Below, in pieces: positions 1 to 12,699 of a DNA stretch of 50,762 nt. Origin of the DNA: Octopus bimaculoides (taxonomy: Eukaryota); the NCBI RefSeq assembly GCF_001194135.2, contig NC_068984.1, forward strand, positions 50,107,205 to 50,157,966, read 5' to 3'. The position numbers and the translations under genes are program-made. The notes beneath the pieces were generated by a model. That model had not been told where the DNA came from. It did not search any database and was given only the letters and a program-made list of their open reading frames with translations. How positions within the stretch are numbered: position 1 is the first letter of the stretch; the number at the start of each line of letters is the position of its first letter.

Positions 1-699
1 TAAAGTTAATAATAATGGTAATAAAAATTCATTGTAATTGGAAGGAGAAAGGGAGAGAATCCAATGAATTCTTTATATACGACTAATGTAAATAAAGAAG
101 GAAAATTAAAGATGGATTGTAAATATAATTAACCATTAATGTTGTATCATATTAAGTTACGGTAATTAACCTAAATAAATGGCAATACAAGGTACAAAAC
201 TATAAAGTGATGAAATAATAAGAATAAACATGCTTTCGATAACAAAATCGATAGTAAATACGTAAATATATATAAATATACTTAAAACTCTACGAATATA
301 ACTTTTCGGGGGTTAAACCTGCTGTACTAAACTAGAGAAGGAAAGAGAGTGTAAACAACTGGCGTTGGAGTGAGATATAATTGTTATTTTAGATAATATT
401 ATAACGTTATTATTCTCATTATTGTTATTATTATTATTATAAACGTAAAAATAAATTTATTTTTATCACTATTATTGTTATTGTCTACTAAAGTTAAATA
501 AAAAATAAATACAAAGTGGGGTGCTAGTTCATACCACATGTAAAGTGGCTGTCAACTAGTGAGTATGCTGTTAGGTGAAAAAAAAATAATAACTAAAATT
601 AGTAAAAGGATGAAATTAATGAAACAAGCTGGATGTGTGTTTCCTTCAATGCTAGCATCTGTATGCTCTCTGTGTTATCTGGTTCACTAAGTTATTCTT

Positions 700-876
700 G
701 GAGAACAGAATGTGAAATAGCTCCTAGGACAGCTTCAAGGTGGATGTATTAAAGATAGAGTAATATTTATGTTGACGAGGGAAGTTGGAGTCCAATATAT
801 TAAAGAAGGATTTAGCTAAGTTTTTAACATTTGGTGAGAAGTGGGGTGTATACCATAGAATAGAGCATCCACCACT
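700..876 (-). mobile_element. Penelope-like element (PLE) ORF fragment, region C-terminal to RT, decayed
   Basis: Minus-strand translation ILWYTPHFSPNVKNLAKSFFNILDSNFPRQHKYYSIFNTSTLKLS* matches the PLE motif IIWFNPPFSxNVKTNIGxxFLxLIDKHFPxxHKxHKIFNRNTxKxSY. The stop codon falls at the expected Tyr. Motif recognised by eye. Confidence 0.7.
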
Positions 877-892
877 ATATATATATATATAT

Positions 893-1843
893 NNNNNNNN
901 NNNNNNNNNNNNNNNNNNNNNNNNNNNNNNNNNNNNNNNNNNNNNNNNNNNNNNNNNNNNNNNNNNNNNNNNNNNNNNNNNNNNNNNNNNNNNNNNNNNN
1001 NNNNNNNNNNNNNNNNNNNNNNNNNNNNNNNNNNNNNNNNNNNNNNNNNNNNNNNNNNNNNNNNNNNNNNNNNNNNNNNNNNNNNNNNNNNNNNNNNNNN
1101 NNNNNNNNNNNNNNNNNNNNNNNNNNNNNNNNNNNNNNNNNNNNNNNNNNNNNNNNNNNNNNNNNNNNNNNNNNNNNNNNNNNNNNNNNNNNNNNNNNNN
1201 NNNNNNNNNNNNNNNNNNNNNNNNNNNNNNNNNNNNNNNNNNNNNNNNNNNNNNNNNNNNNNNNNNNNNNNNNNNNNNNNNNNNNNNNNNNNNNNNNNNN
1301 NNNNNNNNNNNNNNNNNNNNNNNNNNNNNNNNNNNNNNNNNNNNNNNNNNNNNNNNNNNNNNNNNNNNNNNNNNNNNNNNNNNNNNNNNNNNNNNNNNNN
1401 NNNNNNNNNNNNNNNNNNNNNNNNNNNNNNNNNNNNNNNNNNNNNNNNNNNNNNNNNNNNNNNNNNNNNNNNNNNNNNNNNNNNNNNNNNNNNNNNNNNN
1501 NNNNNNNNNNNNNNNNNNNNNNNNNNNNNNNNNNNNNNNNNNNNNNNNNNNNNNNNNNNNNNNNNNNNNNNNNNNNNNNNNNNNNNNNNNNNNNNNNNNN
1601 NNNNNNNNNNNNNNNNNNNNNNNNNNNNNNNNNNNNNNNNNNNNNNNNNNNNNNNNNNNNNNNNNNNNNNNNNNNNNNNNNNNNNNNNNNNNNNNNNNNN
1701 NNNNNNNNNNNNNNNNNNNNNNNNNNNNNNNNNNNNNNNNNNNNNNNNNNNNNNNNNNNNNNNNNNNNNNNNNNNNNNNNNNNNNNNNNNNNNNNNNNNN
1801 NNNNNNNNNNNNNNNNNNNNNNNNNNNNNNNNNNNNNNNNNNN
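893..1843. other. Assembly gap (N run). Other gaps: 2297-2396, 2864-3095, 8501-8570, 9175-9783, 28013-28608, 30753-31055, 40941-41254, 43146-43576, 45710-45809, 49373-49705
   Basis: N characters in the sequence; most gaps abut microsatellites. Confidence 1.
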
Positions 1844-2396
1844 ATTATCCCCATTTCAATGCCCCTTACTCTCACACCAATAACAAACAAGGAATCCTAC
1901 CCACACCTATGCATAAATCTCCCACCCAAGGAACCCCATACCGTCCACCCAACAAACACCCACAATCATACCACTTTTTCTACAGATCCTCATACCCACG
2001 CCACTCACACCAACAGAACCACAATAACTACCTACCCCACTCCAACCTCACATACAATCCACCCTACAAACACCTAAAAACCCACCGCATTTCTCACAAA
2101 ACCTTAAACCATCACATTCTATACCAACACAATCACTATAACTACCCATCCCATTCCAGCCTCTCCACCCAACAATACCCCTACCCCTACCCTTACCCCT
2201 TCTACCAGAACTCTATCAATCACTACACCCCTACTTCAACAACCATTTTTTTAGACGGAGGGGAGAAAAACAGGCACTACCGCTAATACAGACCCANNNN
2301 NNNNNNNNNNNNNNNNNNNNNNNNNNNNNNNNNNNNNNNNNNNNNNNNNNNNNNNNNNNNNNNNNNNNNNNNNNNNNNNNNNNNNNNNNNNNNNNN

Positions 2397-2446
2397 CATG
2401 TGGTTGGTAAGCAAGCTACTTACCACATAGCCATTCCTGCGCCTAT
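2397..2446 (-). mobile_element. SINE family A (OR-like tRNA/CORE SINE), head fragment
   Basis: CATGTGGTTGGTAAGCAAGCTACTTACCACATAGCCATTCCTGCGCC is near-identical to 27446-27493. Confidence 0.8.
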
Positions 2447-3195
2447 GTACATAATCACACCCTAAGCATACTCCATCATTTGTTTTCCCCTTATTAACTC
2501 TATTGTTCCGCTGACACGACGTTGAGATACAATAAGCACTGAATGTGAAAAACTACATTAGACATCCATTTAGCTTCCAAGATTTCAAGCCAGTCCCCAT
2601 AATTAATGTAAATATAACCTGTTTTCGACTTTACTTATTTCCCACTGAATAACAATAATTATATATTACTATTGCTACCGAACACGAAACTAATTTTTGA
2701 ATTTTTTTCCCTTTTGTTTGTATATAGGACTCATTCATCTGCAACTATTGTACCATGGTGCATCTGGTACTAGAAATACAATTACAAAACAAAAGAAATT
2801 TTGTCGAGTTTCTTTCCATTGTTGCTCTAAATAGATGTTTATTTTGCTTAGCGTCTGTGTGTGNNNNNNNNNNNNNNNNNNNNNNNNNNNNNNNNNNNNN
2901 NNNNNNNNNNNNNNNNNNNNNNNNNNNNNNNNNNNNNNNNNNNNNNNNNNNNNNNNNNNNNNNNNNNNNNNNNNNNNNNNNNNNNNNNNNNNNNNNNNNN
3001 NNNNNNNNNNNNNNNNNNNNNNNNNNNNNNNNNNNNNNNNNNNNNNNNNNNNNNNNNNNNNNNNNNNNNNNNNNNNNNNNNNNNNNNNNNNNNNTTTTTA
3101 AAAATAAGTGCATTTTCAAACTTTCTTTCATATATATTTCCACTCGTACGGTATTCCACAACTTTACTTTATTATATATATATATATATATATAT

Positions 3196-3360
3196 GAAGG
3201 GTTTCGTTCAGTTTCCGTCTACCAAATCCACTCGCAAGGCTTTGGTCGGTCCGAGGCTATAGTAGAAGACACGTGCCCAAGGTGCCACGCAGTGGGACTG
3301 AACCGAGAACCATGTGGTTGGTAAGCAAGTTACTTAACCCACAGCCAGTCCTGTGCCCAT
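3196..3360 (-). mobile_element. SINE family A, tRNA-like head plus CORE-like half
   Basis: High identity to 27330-27493. Read on the minus strand it has GGTTCAGTCCC (B-box-like) and GGCACCTTGGGCACGTGTC (CORE-like). Confidence 0.85.
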
Positions 3361-3374
3361 ATATTTTATTCGTT

Positions 3375-3772
3375 TATTCTTTTACTTGTTTCAGTCATTA
3401 GATTAAGGCCATGCTAGGGCACCGCCTCCAAGCATTTTTAGTCAGATGAATCGACTTAAGTACTTTCTTTTTCTTAAGCTTGGTACTTATTCTATTGGTA
3501 CGTTTTAGCGAACCACTACGTTACATACACGTAAACACATAAACAGCAGTTGTCAAGCGGTGGTAGTGGTGGGGGGCGGGAGGTAAGGAGAAACACAAAG
3601 ACGCACGCACACTCACGGCAGGTTTCCTTCAGTTTCCGTCTACCAAATCCCCATACTAGGCTTTGGTCGGCCCGAGGCTACAGTAGAAGAAACGTGCCCA
3701 TGGTGCCACGCAGTGGGACTGAACCCGGAACCATAAGCTTATAAAGCATGCTTCTTACCACACATCCACGCC
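3375..3772 (-). mobile_element. SINE family A, near full length
   Basis: Begins TTTTACTTGTTTCAGTCATT and ends in the GTGGGACTGAACCCGGAACC head; collinear with 27074-27493. Confidence 0.85.
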
Positions 3773-3811
3773 ATACAGGCACACATTAGCACATATTTAT
3801 ATTGTTTAATA

Positions 3812-4030
3812 ATTGGATTGCGGCCATGCTGGGATACTGCTAAGAATTCATTCAAACAAATCGTCTCCAATGCTTACAACTTTTAGAGCCTGGTGCTTAT
3901 TTTATCGGTCACTTTTGCCGAACCGTTAAATTACGGAGACATAAGAAACCAACATTGGTCATCAAGCGGTGGTGGGGGACAAACATAAACATAAAGATAT
4001 ACACACACATAGATATATACATACGCACAT
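3812..4030 (-). mobile_element. SINE family A, 3' half
   Basis: GCGGCCATGCTGG...TTTTGCCGAACCG...GTCATCAAGCGGTGGTGGGGGACAAAC, collinear with other copies. Confidence 0.75.
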
Positions 4031-4032
4031 CT

Positions 4033-4180
4033 ATGTCCTGGATATGAATTTAAACTGCGTCTGGTTGTTGGGCCCTGGGCTTTGCGGAATGGACAACTGC
4101 GACTTACCACTGTTGTTTTCAGGTCTACTCTGACCCGGAGTAGTAGCATATGTCAGAGTCTCAGCTATGGATAAATTAGC
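4033..4180. mobile_element. Probable interspersed repeat fragment, family unassigned
   Basis: TGTCCTGGATATGA...CAGGTCTACTCTGACCCGGAGTAGTAGCA...CTATGG resembles an abundant cephalopod repeat as I recall it; there is no second copy in the window. Confidence 0.35.
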
Positions 4181-4694
4181 ATATGAGATGTCAATGCCTT
4201 TGCGCGCGGGGACGCATAGATACCGTTGGTCGGTGTCAGGGAGCAGGGAAATCATCGGGAGTGAAGGACCCCTAGCTCTTCTTACAGCATCCTTAGCAGA
4301 GAGGCTCCCTCTGATGTAATATCTGCGGCTTCATGCGATTACTGGTCATTTCGCTTCGGTCTGACACTAGGTACTAATCAGGGACACTCAGAGAGTGTGA
4401 CTCGAATTATACAAGCGTTTAATCACAATAATCCAACCACATACAAATGTCTCTTTATCATTACCTCATTTGTCATAACATCTACTGGAAGTACTTATGG
4501 AGTTGGAAGAGTGGTGATGAACGCAGACCTGACAAGATGAAGCGCGCAGTAAGTTACAAGGTATGTGTGACAAACTATACACATCTGCGAGACTGAATAG
4601 TCACCTGAGAGGTCATGGACCGAAAGTCAGTAATGCCATTGGCGACAAGAAAGCACAAGGAGAAGTTAATCGTCTGTGAAGATGGTGCAGACGC

Positions 4695-4825
4695 CACATA
4701 GTTCAGGGTTCAATCGCAATGTGTGTCACCTTGGGTAGGTGTCTCCATTAACCTTATCCGATCAAAGCCTTGTGAGTGGATTTAGCAGGGGAAAGTGAAA
4801 GAAGCCTGTCGTCTATATTTGTGTG

Positions 4826-4895
<70 letters not shown>

Positions 4896-5092
4896 CGTGT
4901 GTTTTTGTGTCTGTCTTTATCCTTTGACAACTGGTGCTGGCGTGTTTACGCCTCCTTAACTTAGCGATTCGGCAAAAGACACTAGCTTTTAAAAGCATAT
5001 AAGTACTGGGGTCGATTCATTCGACTAAAAGAAATTCTCTAAGGCGTTGCCCCAACATGGCCGCAGTCTAATTACTGAAACAACTAAAAGAT
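4695..5092 (+). mobile_element. SINE family A with an internal (GT)n expansion at about 4820-4900
   Basis: AAAGCCTTGTGAGTGGATTT, (GT)n, then TTTACG...AACTTAGCGATTCGGCAAAAG...CATGGCCGCAGTC...TGAAACA tail; reverse complement of the minus-strand copies. Confidence 0.85.
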
Positions 5093-6214
5093 TTACTTAC
5101 ACACATAAACATATAAATACACACACACATATGTATGTTTTATATATCTAATAAAGGAACGGGTCTGTGTGTCAATGTGTTGTTTTGTTGTTTTAAAAGG
5201 TCGGCATATTGGAAAAAGAATTGGAAGCGATGCAGAAACATGAACATTTTCAAAATAGAAATTAGTATATCATACCTATGTCACACCATTACATTATACT
5301 TCACTTTCAAAACTGAATTTCTCATTAGACCTTAAAGTTCTTATTAAAATTTGTTGAAGATTATTGTGTAATATCAATATAAAAACTATATTCAGTGTTT
5401 TCGTTCTGCTCAGGCGATAACTGCTTTCCACGGAGTAGAATGATAACTGCTTTCCACGGAGTAGATAATTTCAGTGTTAACTGCCTTTGTCATTACGTAA
5501 TTTACATCACGAAGCAAACCTATCGACCCAATCCTTGTATATTAGTTTTGGCCAATCAGAAAGTCAATATATATTAATACACGAAAAGTAGTTTAAACGA
5601 AATGAAAAGTTTTCAACAGGAGATTGAAATCGCGTCATAATCTCTAATTGCCGGAAGCTTACATCTTGCTCTGCGTTGCTCTCATGCCATACCGATATAT
5701 TAATCAGCAATAAATATCGCTAATCTATATTTTGTGGTCGTAATTGCCTCAGTAATACAGCTCGCCATTCACTAGTTATTATTGTTGCGTTATCTGCCAA
5801 AATACATAAAATTAACTTTAAAAAAAAAAAGAACAATAACATATATTAGCAGGAATTGGCAAAACGTTTGATATTCTTGCATTTATATAATTGCTACGAT
5901 GAAATAGTTCTTGATTTACCGCAAGGAAATTCCAAAAGTAATGAGGGTATCATTAATCGAAATTTGACGACTTTATGTGTGGTGTTAATTTGGTCTACGC
6001 TTATTGGATACAATACACTTTTGACCTAATCGATAGAAGACCAAAGAAGCAGAAGAGACAGTGTTCAGGGTTCTTTTACCGATGTTGTGTTGGTCCATGA
6101 CCCACTCCTTTCAAGCAGTGAACAAGTGAGACGAAGTTGAATAGCAGATTTTGATCTTTCTAGCCTATTCATAGGTTTTTAACTTTTTAAGCTTTTACTG
6201 TTTGCTCATTTTAT

Positions 6215-6420
6215 TTATTGCACTGCGATCATGCTGGAGCAATTCTTTCACTGGTTTAGTCGTACAAATCGATCCCTGTGTTTTTTTTTAAGTCCGGTAC
6301 TCAGTCTATCGGTCTGTCGGTCATTTTTTGTCAAAGCCTTAAGTTACGGAGATGCAAGCAAACCATCAGTTGTCAAGCAGCGGTGGGGAAACACACACAC
6401 ACACACTTTCTCTCTCTCGT

Positions 6421-6464
<44 letters not shown>

Positions 6465-6612
6465 TCTTTCAAATAAATATACAATGAGTTTAACACAGTT
6501 TCCATCTATCAAACTCCCACATAAGAGATTGGTTTGGTCGCCCAGGATGTATAGTAGAAAGAACTTGCTCACAATGCCGTACATCAGGACTGAACCCAAG
6601 ACAACGCAAATT
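6215..6612 (-). mobile_element. SINE family A with internal (CA)n(CT)n
   Basis: CATGCTGGAGCA...GTTGTCAAGC...GGACTGAACCC, collinear with 27074-27493. Confidence 0.75.
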
Positions 6613-6649
6613 TGGCTCAAATTAGCTTTTGCTGTGAATAATCCTTTAT

Positions 6650-6752
6650 ACTATAAGCACAACGCCTGAAATTTTGTTGGAAAGGGACTAGTCTATTACA
6701 TCAACCCCAGTATTTGACTGGTACTTATTTTCTCGACACTGAGGAGATGAAA
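6650..6752 (-). mobile_element. SINE family B fragment, decayed
   Basis: GCACAACGCCTGAAATTTT...CCCCAGTATTTGACTGGTACTTATTT...GATGAAAGGCA matches 44605-44810. Confidence 0.65.
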
Positions 6753-6894
6753 GGCATGTAAATAATGTTAGAGGATATGTTCAGTCCTACCTGTCACATG
6801 TACTATGGTGATAAGTATATATGTATCCATGTTTTACATAGATACATATGTGTGCGTGTGTGTGTATGTATCATCTATTTCTATAGATAGATGC

Positions 6895-6895
6895 A

Positions 6896-6926
<31 letters not shown>

Positions 6927-7005
6927 ATAGATCGAGAGATAGATAGCTAGATAAATAGATAGATAAATAGAAATATAGACAGATAGATAGATAGATCGAT
7001 CGATC

Positions 7006-7041
<36 letters not shown>

Positions 7042-7130
7042 TAGATATATATACATACATATATATGTATATATGTATGAATGTATGTATGTGTGTGTGT
7101 GTGTGTATCTATGTAAGTATGTTTGTACAC
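6895..7130. repeat. Compound microsatellite (TATC)n/(GATA)n/(TA)n/(GT)n
   Basis: Direct inspection. Confidence 0.95.
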
Positions 7131-7636
7131 ATTCCTAAATGTGTGCGTGTGTACGTGTTCGGACGTGTGAGTGCGATTGTAACGTAAACATATGCCATTC
7201 CCTATGACAACCATGCATATGCAGAGACACTGAACTTAGTCATTTCGGTACAATAACCTCTAGCTACATCACTATATACCAACTGAATTTAATATTTATT
7301 CTATTCGTTTATATTTCAATACGTTACTTAGTACTCTGTTCCCTCACTGCTCCCATCCCATTCTCATTTCATCATTAATTATTCTCTATATTTTCTAAAA
7401 TCCCTCTGGTGAACAATCCTCTCAAATAAAAGATCTGTATACAATTAAGAAATTCGATGGTGCACTATGGGGATGAGCATATACAGTACTTTTGGTTCTT
7501 GCTTATCAGCTATAGAAAGCAAGGGATTTATTGAATGTTCTACTTACTGGGTTTGGGTGTGTGCGCGCGCGCGTATATATATGCATGTCCATGGTGTAGA
7601 GGGAAGTGTCTGTATATTGATATTATATGTTGAGAT

Positions 7637-7690
7637 AAGGCGGCGAGCTAGAAGAATCGTTACCGCACCAAGTAAAATGCTTAGCGGCAT
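7637..7690 (+). mobile_element. SINE family B head fragment
   Basis: GGCGGCGAGCTAGAAGAATCGTTACCGCACC...AAATGCTTAGCGG matches the head at 34305-34350. Confidence 0.6.
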
Positions 7691-7807
7691 AATAAAATGA
7701 AGACCCTGTTATGTATCCGGGATCAAATTTTTCATGTATCACAAGTATGGATCCAATTCGCGCAGCCGTTTTCGCATGACAAGCGAATAAACACACAGAG
7801 ATTTATT

Positions 7808-7809
<2 letters not shown>

Positions 7810-7901
<92 letters not shown>

Positions 7902-7940
7902 ATATATGCAGATAGACAGACAAACAGACAGACAGACAAA
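7810..7940. repeat. (TATC)n(TC)n(GACA)n microsatellite
   Basis: Direct inspection. Confidence 0.95.
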
Positions 7941-9140
7941 TCCATAGATAGATACATGCTAACATAATACGTATATACGTGTAAGTAGATGCACACAAGC
8001 ACACATACATATATATATCGACACACACACTCACACAAAAATGAGTATCTATATGGGAGTCCGTTTAGGTATGTGTGTTGTTATGTATAAACGTTTCGAA
8101 GATGGCCGCTGTTTATTAAGTAAATAAAATGAAATTTCAAAGACAGATCATGGCAAGACATCTTTATAACAAAAACAATGAAGCTTGCAAGCCGAGCGAC
8201 AGAATCCTTGAGTGCAAATGTAAACGATTGCATTCTGAATATGAAAACTTCTTTTGGCGTTTGCAAATAAAAAAAACAACCGAAATAATTAATGTAATGC
8301 AAATATTATTATAAAGATATATTCTGCGCTTTTAGTGATGGCCACCTACTGGAACGTATGCAAACATAGTGTGGAAATAATAAAGATCACTGCTGTTGGC
8401 AGATCTAGCAAGTTGTCTGGTACTAATATATATATATATATATATATCAACATATATATCAATATATATACATATATACGTATATATAAATATATATATA
8501 NNNNNNNNNNNNNNNNNNNNNNNNNNNNNNNNNNNNNNNNNNNNNNNNNNNNNNNNNNNNNNNNNNNNNNATATATATGTATACATATATATGTACAGTT
8601 ATACATACATATATGTGTTTATGACTTTCTCTCTTTCTCACGCTCTATCTCTTTCGTTCTCTGTGTCCCTCTTTTTCTTTCACTATATGTGTGTTTGCGT
8701 CCGGGCACGCCAATGGTAGCCTATGCACGCGCGCGAGCGTGTGTGTACGCTAATTTTCATTCCATTCCTTGATACATGCCTGCTGCTAATGATATAACTA
8801 TAAAATGAGAACAACACAGTAGAGTTGCCCATCATATAAACAATAAAAACATTAATAATAATAATAATAATAATTTCTTTTATTTTCATTTTCCTGTCAA
8901 TGATAATAAATTCGAACGGTTTTGTTATCATCCGAACGCCTTTTAATAGCAGGAGCCCTGATGTGAGCACATTAAAACATTTCCCATTAGTGCCAAGAAT
9001 ATCATACTATATTATGTTCAGCCTTTCGAAAGTACAAGCATTATTTCTTTTAGCAGTCTGCAGCAGCTGTTGCCAAGAAACAAAACGAAAACGCTTGTTC
9101 CACCTAATAACACATTAACATACTAACACACACAGAAAGG

Positions 9141-9174
<34 letters not shown>

Positions 9175-9783
9175 NNNNNNNNNNNNNNNNNNNNNNNNNN
9201 NNNNNNNNNNNNNNNNNNNNNNNNNNNNNNNNNNNNNNNNNNNNNNNNNNNNNNNNNNNNNNNNNNNNNNNNNNNNNNNNNNNNNNNNNNNNNNNNNNNN
9301 NNNNNNNNNNNNNNNNNNNNNNNNNNNNNNNNNNNNNNNNNNNNNNNNNNNNNNNNNNNNNNNNNNNNNNNNNNNNNNNNNNNNNNNNNNNNNNNNNNNN
9401 NNNNNNNNNNNNNNNNNNNNNNNNNNNNNNNNNNNNNNNNNNNNNNNNNNNNNNNNNNNNNNNNNNNNNNNNNNNNNNNNNNNNNNNNNNNNNNNNNNNN
9501 NNNNNNNNNNNNNNNNNNNNNNNNNNNNNNNNNNNNNNNNNNNNNNNNNNNNNNNNNNNNNNNNNNNNNNNNNNNNNNNNNNNNNNNNNNNNNNNNNNNN
9601 NNNNNNNNNNNNNNNNNNNNNNNNNNNNNNNNNNNNNNNNNNNNNNNNNNNNNNNNNNNNNNNNNNNNNNNNNNNNNNNNNNNNNNNNNNNNNNNNNNNN
9701 NNNNNNNNNNNNNNNNNNNNNNNNNNNNNNNNNNNNNNNNNNNNNNNNNNNNNNNNNNNNNNNNNNNNNNNNNNNNNNNNNNN

Positions 9784-9815
<32 letters not shown>

Positions 9816-10044
9816 TATACGAGTATATGCATAGATATGTACATGTATGTACATACCTTCATCTACATGTATATATAGATGCATATCTGGTTACATGACG
9901 TTGCAAAATAACATGGACAAAATGATAAACAAGGTAGAGAAAACACACAGGCCACATAGAGAACATTTCCTTCATTAGCTGCCGCCATTATAACACTGGC
10001 GTTTCGAAGAGTTAGGGAAGGACGCATCGTTACAATATATATAT

Positions 10045-12480
10045 ATATTCTTCACATTGTGCAGATTATGTATTGATCAAGATGGCGTTGAAGAGAATTA
10101 AGTTCCAATGTTTCACAATGATCAAGATCAGTCACGCCATTTATCTTTTTAGTGGTATCTCTCTTGGGTGACTCACTTCTCGTAATGTTTTGTTTTGTGC
10201 AGGGAGACCATAAGGGGCAGCAGTATTCTATGTTTGGCTAAATATAAAGGGAGAAAAAAAGAATGATAGCATCTTGCTCTCTGGATCGGAAAGTTCTGAG
10301 GATCCAGGAGCTTATCTTGCGTGCCTTATCGATTTTATTTATTGCTGATGTGAACGCTCCAGCTGAGATTCTTATCAACAGTTACTCTTAAGTCTCTGAT
10401 ATTACTGGAATTCCGAGATTGGTTTTCCTGAAAAAAGAGAATGATTGATTGAGCACATTCTCTTTTCCAACGTGCATGAGATTCAAATTTTCCATCATTT
10501 AACGCTTTTCTCCACCCGTTGGCATAGAGAATACTGATCAGACTGGAATTTAGTTCGCTCTTCTTCTCTATTGGTAAGTTTTCCACATCTGTGGAAATTT
10601 TCATTTTATTTAGCTATGGAAAATTTCTATTTTGATGACACTTGAAATGTCATTTATATAGACTGTAAAGTTAAGTGCCGGGCTTCCATGAATTCCGTCG
10701 ATCACAACTTGAGTTCTGTTCACCAGCAAATACTTAATGCAGTGCAGCTGTTTCCCATGGATTCCAGTAATGAAAAATTTTACAGTAGGATATTGTAGTC
10801 AACGCTGCCGAAGACACTGCTGAAGTTATGATATATAACATCAGAGTGCGAACCAGTTCCCCAAACTGTGAGCATACCATCAAATTATTTAAAAGCTGTG
10901 TTAGGAATTTCTGTCGCAACGGAAGCTAAGCTGGCTAAGATTAAAGAAATGATCATTCTCCGGGAACCCAGTTAACCTTGGTCTTAGCACCCCTTCAAAT
11001 ATTTTGTTTATATGGGAAGGAATGAGATTGGGCGATAGTTAACTGCAGAAGACATGTTTCCCTTTTTGAAGACTGGAATCACAGATTGAGATAAATAATT
11101 TTTCGGTATATACCCTGAGTCTAAAGATCATCTTTAACCATTGGCTAGAGGGGATGCAAATTGGTATCTGTATTCTTTCAGGACACTAGCAGGAAATCTA
11201 TCGGGCCTACTACAGATCAATGTTTTGTTTCATTTATTGCTGCGATAGTGTCTGAGGCAGTGAAAGATATGTCAAGGAATATGTTGGGGACTGATTCGGT
11301 GAAATCTCTTATGTCAATATCAGTGGTATCATTAAAGACAGAGCAATATTATTTCTGCAGGAATTTTGCTATTTCTTTCAAACCATGATGGAGAATGATG
11401 CTATCACTTATCAGCAGTCCCGTGTTTGTGGGAAAATGAATAGAACACTTTGTGTTATGTTTGCTTTTTTTAATATCACACTGTTCTTCTGCAGCTCTTT
11501 GGTTGTCGATGAAAGTTTTCATGCTGTTTGCAGACAGACGATATTTTCCAACTCAGTCTTTTGGTTTTCCTGGTGTGTGTGTTTTTCTCTCTTGGAATCG
11601 TACTTCTCTTTGCGCGTGCTAAGCGCATGTTTTGATCATGTATTGATGACAATGTGTTTAAACGTCTTCCATATTGGCTTCCATATTAGAGGAATTGTTG
11701 GTGAAGGACCATCCCATAAGCCACAGATCTTGTCTAACTGCTCCCGCTCAAGTCTGCTTAATGAAGATTGATGCTGCTGAACAGATGCACTTGTGTGAGT
11801 GTGATTAGTTTGGATTTGGTATGCCGGAAACTATGGTTGTAGAGTATCTTTTCGCGATAAGAGAGAACAGATTTTTCAAATGCATTACTATGGATAAAGC
11901 TTGGGTGTTTTGCTAACATAAGGTCCGTGATATATTTATCTTGTCTTGTTGGCTCAAATTCAAGTTGGGATAGGAAAGGTTCATCCTTTAAACTAAAAAG
12001 CAATTTTGTTGCTGTTTTGTCTGGTATTGAAGTGTAGTAACTTAGTTTCATGGCATCGTCACTTAAGGAAGGTTAAAATCACCTATTGTTAATGTTCCCA
12101 GAGTTGTGCTTTTTGAGAAGGGATTCACTTTGTTGGGGCACTCTTCAATGTACAGTAGAAGTGTTTGAGGAAGCCTTCAGAGGTTAATAATGGTTATGTC
12201 ATTAATTTTGTTGACTTGGGACGCAGATTCACTGTAGCCATTGGAAAATATACCCTTGATATCCACGGCAGAGGAATCATAGAGAATAGCCCTTCTTTTA
12301 TTTCGGTGAGGGTGAGCTACACAAATGATGATGAAATTTTTTATTGAGCTCAGCAACTATATGGGAATTATTTAGGTGGGTTTCCGTCAAAATGAAGAAA
12401 GGACTGCAGTGTGTCATTCCAGCAATTTAAACTCTGTGTATGGAACCTTCAATATTGGAGCATTAAATGATGGGTTGGTG
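10045..12480 (-). mobile_element. Decayed CR1-type LINE (ORF2: APE endonuclease plus reverse transcriptase), multiply frameshifted
   Basis: Minus-strand motifs in the expected order: NIEG...LTETHL (about 12460-12372), TIGDFNLP (about 12090-12067), FLSQLEFEPTRQDKYITDLML, DVIYHNFSSVFGSVDYNILL (cf. DVIYLDFSKAFDSVDH), NRTQVVIDG, VYINDIS, IRDLRVTVDKNLSWSVHI, KARKISSWILRTF, PNIEYCCPLWSP. No intact YADD seen. Element may extend to about 12640. Confidence 0.9.
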
Positions 12481-12699
12481 GCTCGTACATTTAGTAAGAA
12501 TGTCGAAACGAAGGTTGGTTGATGTATGTTAGTTTATGAATTAGAACCTTTTCAAGGACCTCGAAAGAAACATGTGGCTTAACGGCAGCCAGTGGGGCAG
12601 TTTTTTTATCCCATGGATAAAAAAGAATCTACTTGGTTAAGAATGATTTGATGGCAGGAGTTGTGGCTACATTGATAGTTTTGTCGATATATGTGTATG

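Noticed and set aside
2176-2200. Telomere-like CCCCTA repeats
   Set aside because: About four imperfect units, and not the TTAGGG motif; too short to call an interstitial telomere.
4605-4625. Hammerhead-like CTGAGA-GGTC-ATG-GACC-GAAA
   Set aside because: N7 of the core is missing and I could not build consistent stems I and III with an NUH site.
5416-5465. 24-bp direct repeat GATAACTGCTTTCCACGGAGTAGA twice (also the 21-bp-period pair at 17744-17783 and the 31-bp pair at 15550-15611)
   Set aside because: Only two adjacent copies with no spacers; simple slippage duplications, not CRISPR or a regulatory array.
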